Notes under the pieces: generated by a model
Told to the model about the DNA's origin: nothing
The model's database searches: none
The model's input: only the letters and a program-made list of their open reading frames with translations
Translations under genes and position numbers: made by a program
Assembly: GCA_963675525.2 (NCBI GenBank)
Contig: CAXXSL010000013.1
Coordinates: 640,001-704,000 of the forward strand
Reading direction: 5' to 3'
Source: Anaerohalosphaeraceae bacterium
GTDB taxonomy: Bacteria > Planctomycetota > Phycisphaerae > Sedimentisphaerales > Anaerohalosphaeraceae
Length of the DNA stretch: 64,000 nucleotides
In this document: positions 8,835-18,023 of the stretch, piece after piece
Layout: every line of letters begins with the position of its first letter
Position numbering within the stretch: the first letter of the stretch is position 1

Positions 8835-11459
8835 TCACCCTTCCATTTCCTCCTGAATTTCAGCGAGGAGGTTGATGGCTTCGATGGGGGTTAGGGTGTT
8901 TACTTCGAGGCCTTTGAGTTTGTCTAAAACCGTTTTGTGTTTTTGGACGAAGAGCAGTTGTTCGTCGGTGGTGGTTTTGTTTTTTGACAGATGCTGGCCA
9001 GCGGCTTCTTTGGCGAAGGTGTTTTCGAGGTCTTTGAGGATCTCACCGCTGCGAGTGAGAATCGTTTTCGGAATACCCGCCAGTTTGGCAACATGAATAC
9101 CATAGCTTTTGTCCGTACCGCCCGCGATGATCTTATGCAGAAAGACCACATCGCCAGCCCATTCGCGCACGGCCACGTTAAGATTTTTGACATTGACCAG
9201 CAATTGCCCCAGCTCGGTCAGTTCGTGATAGTGTGTAGCGAACAACGTCCGGCATTTAACCGTATTGGCAAGATGTTCGGTGATCGCCCAGGCCAGCGAC
9301 AGGCCGTCATAGGTACTCGTGCCACGCCCCACCTCGTCGAGAATGACCAGCGAGCGGTCGGTGGCGTTATTGATGATATTGGCGGTTTCGGTCATCTCGA
9401 CCATAAACGTGCTTTGTCCGCGTATGAGTTCATCGGAAGCGCCCACGCGGGTAAAGATGCGGTCGGCAATACCAATCTGTGCCTTTTTCGCGGGGATGAA
9501 CGAGCCGGTTTGCGCCAGCAGGACCAACAGCGCGACCTGCCGGATGTAGGTACTCTTGCCCGCCATGTTCGGGCCGGTGATGATTGCCAGGTCCTTACCA
9601 TCATCGGACAGGTTGACATCGTTGGGTACAAATTCGGCCCCCAGCGTCTGCGCCAAAACCGGGTGTTTGCCTTCAATGATGATTAATTCTTTGCCGTTGG
9701 TGATTTTCGGGCGAACGTAATGATGCTGACGTGCCAGATACGCCAATGCCGAAAGACAATCGCACATCGCTAACACCATCGCCAATTCCTGCAGGCGGCG
9801 GATGTATTTGGTTGTCTCTTCGCGCACCTGCTCAAAAAGCTTATACTCCAATTCGAGCGCCTTTTCACGGGCACCGAGAGCTTGCTCCTCGTATTTTTTC
9901 AATTCGTCGGTGATATACCGCTCGGCGTTCTTTATAGTCTGTTTGCGGACGTAATCAGCGGGGATATTGGCCCTGTCCACGGCGGCATGGCTTAGCTCGA
10001 TATAATAGCCGAAGACCTTGTTGAAACCGATCTTGAGCCGCTCGATGCCGGTGCGCTGAACTTCGCGCTGCTGGTATTCGGCCAGCCAGCTTTGGCCGTC
10101 TTTGGCAATCGACCGCAGTTTGTCAAGCGATTCATTAAAGCCGGCAGCGATAACCCCGCCGTCCCGCAGATGTGACGGCGGCTCCGGCTCGATGGATTGC
10201 TCCAACAGGTCGGCCAGTTCATCCATACTGTCGCATCGGCTTTGCAAATCTTTGAGCATCGGCGTCTGGCAGTCGGCCAGCAAGCTGCGCACCTGCGGAA
10301 TCGTCCGCAGGGTCGCCCCCAGCGCCACCAAATCCTTCGGCGAGCTTCGCCAGGTGCTGATGCGCGCGACAATGCGCTCCAGGTCGGCGATATGCTTGAA
10401 CTGTTTTCGAATGTCCGCACACAATGCATCATTGCAAACGAATTCTTCAATCGCATCCTGCCGGCTCTTGATAGCGGCAACTTCCCGCAGCGGCATACAC
10501 ACCCATGCCCGCAACATCCGCGAACCCATGCCGGTCGCCGTCTGGTCAATGCATTCTAATAATGTGCCTTTCGTCGATTCGCCGCGTATCGTTCGCAAGA
10601 CCTCCAGCGACCGCAGCGAGACCGGGTCCACCTGCAAATACTTTGTCGGCTTGACCAGGCGAAGCGAGGTAATATGATTCAGCGCGGTCTTTTGCGTTTC
10701 ATCCAGATATTCCAGAATTGCCCCGGCTGCGCGAACACCCTCGAAATCATCCGCAATACCGAAGCCTTCCAGCGTGTTCGTTTCAAAATGCTTGAGGAGT
10801 TTTTCTTTGGTGCTGAACGGGTCGAAATACCAGCCGGGCCGTTCGGTAATGACGGCGCCGGTGAGCTGTTGGATTTGCTTGACGAGTTTTTTTTGTTCGG
10901 CCTCGAACAACTGGCCGCGGCATTCGGCCAGCAGGACTTCGCGGACGCCGAGGCGGAGCAGTTCGTCGAGGATTTGTTTTTCGCCGACGGCCTGCACATA
11001 GAAATGCCCTGTCGAAATATCGACCCATGAGATGGCCGCAGCTTTTCGGCCCAGGCTGACAGCACAGAGGAAGTTGTCCTCTTTGGCGTCCAGCAGCATG
11101 TCGTCGGTGAGTGTGCCGGGGGTGACGACTCGCACGACGTCCCGCTTGACGACGCCCTTGGCCTGTTTGGGATCCTCGACCTGCTCACAGACGGCGACCT
11201 TGTAGCCGGCCTGCAGCATCTTTTTCAGATAGCCGTCCACCGCATGATACGGCAGACCCGCCAGCGGAATCGGATTGCCGCCGCTTTTGCCCCGGCTGGT
11301 CAGCACCAGACCCAGCACGCGCGAGACAATGTGCGCATCCTCGTGGAATGTCTCGTAAAAATCGCCCATGCGAAAAAACAGCACCGCATCCGGATATTTC
11401 TGCTTAAAATGGTGAAACTGCTTCATCGCCGGCGTCAGTTTTTCGTCCGCTTTCGCCAT
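8835..11459 (-). CDS. mutS: DNA mismatch repair protein MutS
   Basis: TPAMKQF, FFRMGDFYETF, ITGPNMAGKSTY, GQSTFMVEM, DEVGRGTST, ATHYHEL, SYGIHVAKLAG. Confidence 0.99.
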   Translation of the reverse strand: MAKADEKLTPAMKQFHHFKQKYPDAVLFFRMGDFYETFHEDAHIVSRVLGLVLTSRGKSGGNPIPLAGLPYHAVDGYLKKMLQAGYKVAVCEQVEDPKQAKGVVKRDVVRVVTPGTLTDDMLLDAKEDNFLCAVSLGRKAAAISWVDISTGHFYVQAVGEKQILDELLRLGVREVLLAECRGQLFEAEQKKLVKQIQQLTGAVITERPGWYFDPFSTKEKLLKHFETNTLEGFGIADDFEGVRAAGAILEYLDETQKTALNHITSLRLVKPTKYLQVDPVSLRSLEVLRTIRGESTKGTLLECIDQTATGMGSRMLRAWVCMPLREVAAIKSRQDAIEEFVCNDALCADIRKQFKHIADLERIVARISTWRSSPKDLVALGATLRTIPQVRSLLADCQTPMLKDLQSRCDSMDELADLLEQSIEPEPPSHLRDGGVIAAGFNESLDKLRSIAKDGQSWLAEYQQREVQRTGIERLKIGFNKVFGYYIELSHAAVDRANIPADYVRKQTIKNAERYITDELKKYEEQALGAREKALELEYKLFEQVREETTKYIRRLQELAMVLAMCDCLSALAYLARQHHYVRPKITNGKELIIIEGKHPVLAQTLGAEFVPNDVNLSDDGKDLAIITGPNMAGKSTYIRQVALLVLLAQTGSFIPAKKAQIGIADRIFTRVGASDELIRGQSTFMVEMTETANIINNATDRSLVILDEVGRGTSTYDGLSLAWAITEHLANTVKCRTLFATHYHELTELGQLLVNVKNLNVAVREWAGDVVFLHKIIAGGTDKSYGIHVAKLAGIPKTILTRSGEILKDLENTFAKEAAGQHLSKNKTTTDEQLLFVQKHKTVLDKLKGLEVNTLTPIEAINLLAEIQEEMEG

Positions 11460-11466
11460 GGGGGAA

Positions 11467-11481
11467 GATTATACCGGATTG
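11467..11481. repeat. 15-bp direct repeat GATTATACCGGATTG (other copy at 13013-13027); contains the likely mutS -10 box
   Basis: Exact match of both copies; reads GGTATAAT on the minus strand just upstream of the mutS ATG. Confidence 0.6.
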
Positions 11482-11519
11482 GTCGAAATTCACAACAAAT
11501 AGATGGGGAATTTGACAAA

Positions 11520-11607
11520 CATGCTTGCCCAAGGGCAAGCATGGCACCCGCACAGTTACTATCGGCACAAGAAAACAGGGTGCCATGCCCACGCTCGCGT
11601 GGGCATG
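11520..11607. repeat. Inverted REP pair: type A (11520-11549) and type B (11578-11607)
   Basis: A = GGGTGCCATGCTTGCCCTTGGGCAAGCATG; B = GGGTGCCATGCCCACGCTCGCGTGGGCATG. Both are palindromes with a shared GGGTGC foot. Confidence 0.9.
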
Positions 11608-11615
11608 TTAACGCC

Positions 11616-12179
11616 TCAAAATAAGACAAACCGGTCAATCGGAATTGGTTCATCCTGTCCTGTTTTCCATGCGTTATAACTGGACCATTTCCAATCCGAT
11701 TTCAGTTGGACTAATCCCCTTCTTACCGGATTGGCATGAACATATCGAATCTTCTCTGTAATGTCATCCCGGCTCCGCAAATTCCGGTCATAACCGCCGC
11801 CCCGCTGCCAGAATCGATAATGGTATTCTCCGCTGGGCTGGACATCCATCATTTGAGAAAGCATTGCCGGGCAATCGTTTTTTACATACAACAAGGCCTT
11901 CTTTGAAACAGATTGTTTTATTGTCGTCAAGATTTGACTGATTTTAATTCCGTGATTCGGTAATATTATAACGTGTACATGCTCCGGCATAATCACATAC
12001 CCCAAGAGTGCGTACTGCCCCTTCGTTCTGCCTAATTGGAGCGCCTCAAGCATATAGCCGCAAAAGATTTCACGCTGAAAAAACACCTGCCGTTTGAAAC
12101 AGGAAAATGTCAGACAATGCGATTGTCCATTTTTATCATATCGCTTGCACTGTTTTCGATATATCTGTTGATTTTCCAA
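11616..12179 (-). mobile_element. REP-associated tyrosine transposase (RAYT, IS200/Y1 HUH superfamily)
   Basis: HCLTFSC, YVIMPEHVH (HUH), FWQRGGGYDRNLR, YVHANPVRRGLV, WKWSS. Flanked by inverted type-B REPs. TTG start at 12179 with AGGAG RBS; the ORF-track start lies inside a REP. Confidence 0.9.
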
Positions 12180-12196
12180 AGTATTTCTCCTTCTTA

Positions 12197-12226
12197 CATG
12201 CCCACGTAAACGTGGGCATGGCACCC
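12197..12226 (-). repeat. Type B REP
   Basis: CATGCCCACGTAAACGTGGGCATGGCACCC. Confidence 0.9.
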
Positions 12227-12297
12227 AGCTATCGGATGAATTGGGGAGCGAGACAGATTATTCCATATCTGTCTCTTTATTTCACCCCAGAGCAAAG

Positions 12298-12786
12298 TCA
12301 ATTGTTTGGAATGGTCAGCAATCCCGAAACATAACGATCTCCATTTTTCCATTCCTCATATGCTTTTAGTTCATCCGAAGTAACTTCGCCATTGCTTAAG
12401 AAGTGTGGTTTCCAATATTTCCAATTCTCCAAAGTAAGAGCCATATGTTTACGACCTGTGGTTGTCTGCCCACCATCTTCGCTTATAAATGCGTCATTGA
12501 ATCGATTTTTTCCAAAGTATAAGGATTGTATAACATCTCCCGAAGGTTTTTCTTCGAAAATATTATTGTAATAACAAATGTGTATTAGATTCTCTTCTGC
12601 TAATAGTACCTTGAGTACTTTGTAGCCACCGTTATCACACTGAAACGAATAGTATTCGCCAGAATGGACTTCTTTATCCTCTTTCCCCTCATTTCCTCCT
12701 GGGCATCCAACAAACATAACACTTATAAAAATCAGGAATATCACAAACGCAATCCTATGAGTCATAATACTTCTATTTTTCATCAT
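12298..12786 (-). CDS. AT-rich hypothetical lipoprotein
   Basis: Hydrophobic leader ending FVGC; visibly more AT-rich than its neighbours; lies between REPs. Confidence 0.75.
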   Translation of the reverse strand: MMKNRSIMTHRIAFVIFLIFISVMFVGCPGGNEGKEDKEVHSGEYYSFQCDNGGYKVLKVLLAEENLIHICYYNNIFEEKPSGDVIQSLYFGKNRFNDAFISEDGGQTTTGRKHMALTLENWKYWKPHFLSNGEVTSDELKAYEEWKNGDRYVSGLLTIPNN

Positions 12787-12915
12787 ATTCTGTCCCTTTC
12801 TTGAATCTCACGGTTATACTACCATTTGTTATTTATGCTGGTTAATTTTACTATATTGATATGGGCTGTCAATAATCTGCTACCAAAAATCACCCCGACT
12901 TTACCATTCAGCCAA

Positions 12916-12992
12916 GTGCCATGCTTGCCCTTGAGCAGGCATATTTTAGTAACCTTGTTTCACATGCCCACGCAAGCGTGGGCATGACACCC
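12916..12992. repeat. Degenerate type A REP (12916-12942) and type B REP (12963-12992)
   Basis: GTGCCATGCTTGCCCTTGAGCAGGCAT and CATGCCCACGCAAGCGTGGGCATGACACCC. Confidence 0.85.
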
Positions 12993-13014
12993 TTTCAATA
13001 TTTGTTTTTCTTGA

Positions 13015-14181
13015 TTATACCGGATTGTCGCCGAATAACAATGTTTCAATGTGTTTTTTTGCTGCGGGTTTGTCTTGTGACGTGGAGAATTTGGCGCAAG
13101 ATAAAGAGTTGGCGGTCGGTGAAGCAGACCGGGGTTTGGGGGTTAAAATCGGCAACCTTTAAAGCTGCCAAAAGGGTTTGGGTGAGCTGGTCGATTCCGT
13201 CGCCGGTCTTGGCACACAGGCGAACGTATTTGCTGTAGATGTTCTCGTCGCTGCTTCGGTGTTAACAGGTCGCATTTGTTCGCGACGATGACGCCCTTAA
13301 AGCCACCCAGCGAAAACAGCAAGGACTGCGCCTGCAATTCCTGCGTGGCGTCATAGACAAAAATATTCATATCCGCCGAACGAATCAGCTGATTTGTCGC
13401 CTGTTGGGCAGCAGCGTCAATTTCATGCTGCTGCACAAGCGCCGCATCCAGACCGGCGGTATCATAGATATCCGCCAGCAACGGCCCGATTTGGCAGGTG
13501 ATACTTGACCCAGTCGCGCGTGGTTCCGGCGGTGTCGGTCACAATAACTTCATCATTTCCCGCCAGCAGATTCAGCAATGTACTCTTGCCGGAGTTGGGC
13601 GGACCAATCAGAACGATCCGGCAGCGGTTGATGAAATGTCGGGCCCGGCCGGTCTTGCGAAGCACCTGGTGGCACTGCGCCCAAAGCTGCTGCAGCGACA
13701 TGGCATCAAAATTGTTTAGCCAGTTTTGCGCCAGCGGCAGCAGTCCAACAGTTAACTGGTATGAGATGATCTTCGCCCCGGACAGCGTCGCACAGGTCTG
13801 CATGGCCTGCCCGGCCTCCGCCTCGATAAGGGTTTGAGATCGCGCCTTGTGTTTCTCTTCGGCAAACCGTACCGCATCCGTCAATGTGGCCCCGTTCGAT
13901 TGACACAGCTTAACGATCTGCTCGACCAGCAACGGATTGCCGTGACAGTGGATCACAAATTCGTTTTCGCCCTCACAGCCGACGAGAACCTCATCAACCA
14001 TGCGGTCGCCATCGATAACTGAACCGTGCCTGATGGACCCGGCGGCCGAACGTTTGCCTGCCCGAAACACCTTATCTAAAATCATCGGTGCCTCGGCCCC
14101 GGACAGCGCCACCGACGCGATCGCCGCCATGCCCCTGGCGGTCAGCACACATACGGTTGTCTTTTCTGCCTGATCCATCAC
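13015..14181 (-). pseudogene. TrmE/MnmE-like GTPase, frameshifted as assembled (possibly sequencing error)
   Basis: N-terminal [10 protein letters not shown]...VDEV...IHCHG; G1 [24 protein letters not shown] and AKTGDGID fall in different frames. No C-terminal CxGK seen, so it may be a paralog. Confidence 0.75.
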
Positions 14182-15141
14182 GCTTCCGCCGGTTTAGACG
14201 CGGTTATCCAAGTACAACCGACCTCATCGGACTGTACAATAATTTGTGCATCGGCAAATCCTGCCTGTTCCAATAAATCCATTAACTCGGCCTGTGAATA
14301 GGCGCCCACCATGACATTAAACAACGCGGGAATGAATGGACCCGTCTTCGCATCGTTCAAGGCAAATTCCTGAATGGCGACCATGCCGCCGGGAACCAAT
14401 GATCGAAAAGCCTTTATTAATTTCTGTAAAGCGTTACTGGTCGCCCCGTGCAGGACATTGGACAACAACACAACATCGTTGCCGCTGCCGAAGCTGTCCG
14501 TATCACAGTTGCCCTCGCATACTGAGATGCGGTCGGAGAGGTTTTCCTGCTCGATCATCTGTCGGGCAATGGCGATTGTTTCCGGCAGGTCAAAGACCGT
14601 TGCGGTCAGTTCCGGGTATTTTTGGCATGACAGGATCGAATACAACCCCGGCCCGCCGCCTAAATCGAAGAGTTTCTTTCGGCCGGTCAGGTCGATATGG
14701 TCGATGAATATCTGCCCGCGTGGAGCCGCGGTAATGTCGCGCATCCCGAGAATGAAATCCCGATGCGGCTGATCGGGCGTCTCCTGCGGCGGCGTGCTGA
14801 AGAAATCATTGGGCAGCTCGGCCCAGTAATCCCAGACCCGTGCGGCGTGCGAAATGATGTTGCCCTGATACAGCGGTTTGCCCTCGACCAGATAGGTCTG
14901 CGACAAAGCGGTATTGACATAGACAACCGCCGTCGGCGTGCAGGAGGTTCATCCCGCAGCAGGCGATCAGGATCTTTTGCAGTAATTCCGGCTTGGCCGA
15001 ACACAGCGAAGCCAACGCCTCACAAGTTCGCCCTTGCCTTTCCAAATGCATAATCAGTTTCAGCTTGACCGCGGTCTGCAGAACACGCGACGCGCGATAC
15101 CCCCATGTCAGGTCATTCAGATAGCTTAGTTCGGAATCCAT
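14178..15141 (-). pseudogene. O-methyltransferase (dimerisation + SAM domain), frameshifted as assembled
   Basis: N-terminal GYRASRVLQTAVKLKL in one frame; FDLGGGPG, VFDLP and SNVLH in another. Confidence 0.8.
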
Positions 15142-15142
15142 G

Positions 15143-16006
15143 TCATTTCTTTTTGCCGGCCTTTTTGTCTTTCTTTTCGAGTTCGGCGATGTCGGCTTTT
15201 TCGAAGAGGAATTTTTTGTAGGCGATCATGATGCCGCGGACGGTCAGGTTGGACACCCAGGAATCCACGAACTCACAATCGTCTTTGATGATCGCCGGCC
15301 GCCCCGCCGGTTAAGAATCACATGGGGCCATTTGCCGATCTGCTCGGCATACTTGCGGCACATGGTTTCCAGACAGCCCCACCGCCGACCAGTACACACC
15401 GGCCCGCATGGCTTCTTCGGTATTAACGCCGTAAACCTCTTTCAGGCTTCTGCATGGCAACCTTGGGCAGTTGAGCTGTGGTGGCTGAATTCATCACCGC
15501 CAGTGAAAAATCAAATCCCGGACTAATCGTTCCGCCCATGAAGACGCCCATTTTCGTCAACCAGGTCAATCGTGACCGCCGTGCCGAAATCGGCCACCAT
15601 CGACCGCATCTTCCACGACCGCAAACGCCGCGGCGGCATTGACCAGCCGGTCCGCCCCCACCTGCAAGCGCATCGTCCACGGCCGTTTCAATCGGCAGCG
15701 GCACATCTTTGCCGATGACCAGCATTTTCGTTTCCAACTCGTCCTGCCACCAGTTGGCCCACCGATTCCGTCCATTCGCAGGTTTAACCGAACAAGCCAC
15801 GACCATGCAGTTCTTCACCGGCTCAGACGGCACTTTCCACCAGCGGCACACGGTCCCAGCACTCGGCCAGTACCTCCATCACCTGTGACGACCATGGCGT
15901 CCGTATCGTTAGCCGTTGATACGCTTTTAACCAGCTTTTCCTCGTCATCGAGAAAAAACGCCACCTTAATTCTTGTGTTGCCGATATCAATCGCGATCAG
16001 ATTCAT
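15143..16006 (-). pseudogene. coaX: Type III pantothenate kinase, multiply frameshifted as assembled
   Basis: MNLIAIDIGNTRIK, VGADRLVNAAAA, FMGGTISPG and C-terminal NLTVRGIMIAY are spread over several frames. Confidence 0.85.
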
Positions 16007-16042
16007 CTGTCTGTCCTTTATTACTATTCTGTATTGTCTCTT

Positions 16043-16117
16043 CATGCCCACGCAGGCGTGGGCATGGCACCCAATGATCGTTATCGCGGGTGCCATGCTT
16101 GCCCTTGGGCAAGCATG
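16043..16117. repeat. Inverted REP pair: type B (16043-16072) and type A (16088-16117)
   Basis: Same two palindromes as at 11520-11607, lying between obgE and coaX. Confidence 0.9.
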
Positions 16118-16129
16118 TTCATCGGTGTT

Positions 16130-17155
16130 TTAAAATTCCTCTTCTTCGTCTTTGCCTTTGACGACCGCCCAGAGCCGTTCGTTCAGTTCATTTAATCCCT
16201 GGCCCGTGACCGCGGAAATCACGAACACATCCTTGATCGATCCGGGCAGCCGTTGTCGAATATCGTCACAGAAAATCCCTTCGCTGTCAAGGTCAGCCTT
16301 GTTGAGTACAACGACTTCGGGCTTTTCGATCAGCACCTCACTATGCAATGCCAGTTCGTTACGGATCTTTCTATAATTGTCCACCGGATCCGAATCGTCG
16401 GACGGGAAAATATCCAGCACGTGAAGCAATATCCGCGTCCGTTCAATATGTTTTAGAAAATCATGCCCCAAACCGGCCCCTTCATGCGCCCCTTCGATGA
16501 GTCCGGGAATGTCGGCGATGACAAACCGGCGATAGTCGGACAGTTCCACAATGCCCAGCACGGGATTCAAGGTCGTAAACGGATAGTTGGCGATCTTAGG
16601 CCGGGCCGCCGAACAGCGTGACACCAGCGTGCTCTTGCCGGCGTTGGGCATACCGACTAAGCCCACATCGGCAATTAGCTTCAGTTCCAGCCGGAGGTTT
16701 CGTTCATGTCCGGGCTTGCCGTCGGTGGAAAACCGAGGCGTTTGGCGTACGGATGTTGCAAAGGCTTTGTTGCCCCAGCCGCCCCGGCCACCCCGGCAGA
16801 TGCGCACCTGCATCCCCGGTTGGTTCATATCCTTCAGCAGGATACCGTATTCCTCATCATAAATCAGCGTTCCCGGTGGAACGGGGATAACGAGGTCTTC
16901 GCCATCGGCACCGTGGCGGTTGGACCCTTCGCCGCAGTTGCCGTTGCGGGCGATCCAGTCGTGCCGGCCGGAAAAATCCGTCAGCGTATCCAACGACTCA
17001 TCCACCACAAAGATAACATCGCCGCCTTTACCGCCATCGCCGCCGTTTGGACCGCCCTTGGCCATGAATTTCTCCCGGCGGAAACTGATACACCCATGTC
17101 CACCGTCACCGGCCTTAACCCGAATTTTTGCTTCATCAATAAACATAATATCCAA
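16130..17155 (-). CDS. obgE: GTPase ObgE/CgtA
   Basis: MFIDEAKIRVKAGDGGHGCISFRREKF, LELKLIADVGLVGMPNAGKSTL, YPFTTL, DIPGLIEGA. Confidence 0.98.
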   Translation of the reverse strand: MDIMFIDEAKIRVKAGDGGHGCISFRREKFMAKGGPNGGDGGKGGDVIFVVDESLDTLTDFSGRHDWIARNGNCGEGSNRHGADGEDLVIPVPPGTLIYDEEYGILLKDMNQPGMQVRICRGGRGGWGNKAFATSVRQTPRFSTDGKPGHERNLRLELKLIADVGLVGMPNAGKSTLVSRCSAARPKIANYPFTTLNPVLGIVELSDYRRFVIADIPGLIEGAHEGAGLGHDFLKHIERTRILLHVLDIFPSDDSDPVDNYRKIRNELALHSEVLIEKPEVVVLNKADLDSEGIFCDDIRQRLPGSIKDVFVISAVTGQGLNELNERLWAVVKGKDEEEEF

Positions 17156-17374
17156 TCACGCCATAAAATACCCCTTTCGGAGCCAATATACAAACGGGAG
17201 ATTATACCACCTCAAGTCCCCAAATACCACCGAAAAAAGCCCGGTTGACAGCTTTGCTGCAGGAGGGATAACTCGATAAGAAAGTAGCGAGAATAGGGCT
17301 ATACTGTACAACCCTTTCAGTCTGGAATGACCGAATTGATGTGTTGTTTACCGGCGGCGGAAAGACTGAGGACG

Positions 17375-17704
17375 TTAGTAAACCATTTCTTCCGGGGTCT
17401 GAGATCGGCCCACGACTTTTGCATACCGGCTTCCGGCAGTGTGTATCTTGGCCAGAATTTTCCGGGCCTGACCAGACAGTGACGAATCCGGGTCGGAACA
17501 GGCCGTGCAGTCGTCCAAAACGCGCTGAGCATATTCCCATTGCCCTTTTTCAAGGCTTTGTCGGGCTTCTTCAACACGTGCCTGATCCAGAGTCTTTTGC
17601 CAGCGCTGCTGAGAAGCCTCTTTTCGATTACTGTCCAGACATCCCGCAAGGGGAACCAGAATCAGTGCCGCCGCAATGAGTGTAACTGTTTTTTTGTGTG
17701 CCAT
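17375..17704 (-). CDS. Hypothetical lipoprotein
   Basis: MAHKKTVTLIAAALILVPLAGC lipobox; helical mature region. Confidence 0.7.
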   Translation of the reverse strand: MAHKKTVTLIAAALILVPLAGCLDSNRKEASQQRWQKTLDQARVEEARQSLEKGQWEYAQRVLDDCTACSDPDSSLSGQARKILAKIHTAGSRYAKVVGRSQTPEEMVY

Positions 17705-18023
17705 TGTAACATTCCTGTCTTCTACAGCTTTGGCCCCCAACATATACCGCCCGTGCCCTGCTTGATCGGCTATCCTTGTGCCGCACGACGGTCCCAAAGA
17801 TAAAATCGCGGATGGAAAATCCCGGTGGTATTGTCCGTTGTCACCAACATACACTCTATATACTCGTCAAACTATGACGTCTTTCTTCTCACTATTTATT
17901 GCAAAAACCCCATTATTAATAATTAATTCGCACAAACCGTGGTCCTGAACTGGTCGCCATGAAATCAGTATTTCGCTGGAGATTTTTATCGGGCCGCTGT
18001 TTAGAAACAATTCAAATGAGCCG

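Noticed and set aside
4105..8888. mutS-end repeats as a CRISPR array or integron attC sites
   Set aside because: Spacing is gene-sized, the repeats are non-palindromic coding sequence without RYYYAAC/GTTRRRY ends, and no cas or intI gene is in the window.
11244..16133. ORFs 11244-11624, 11404-11592, 12921-13238 and 15639-16133, and the MPCPRLRGHV start of the RAYT
   Set aside because: They start in or run through REP palindromes, or are antisense to real genes.
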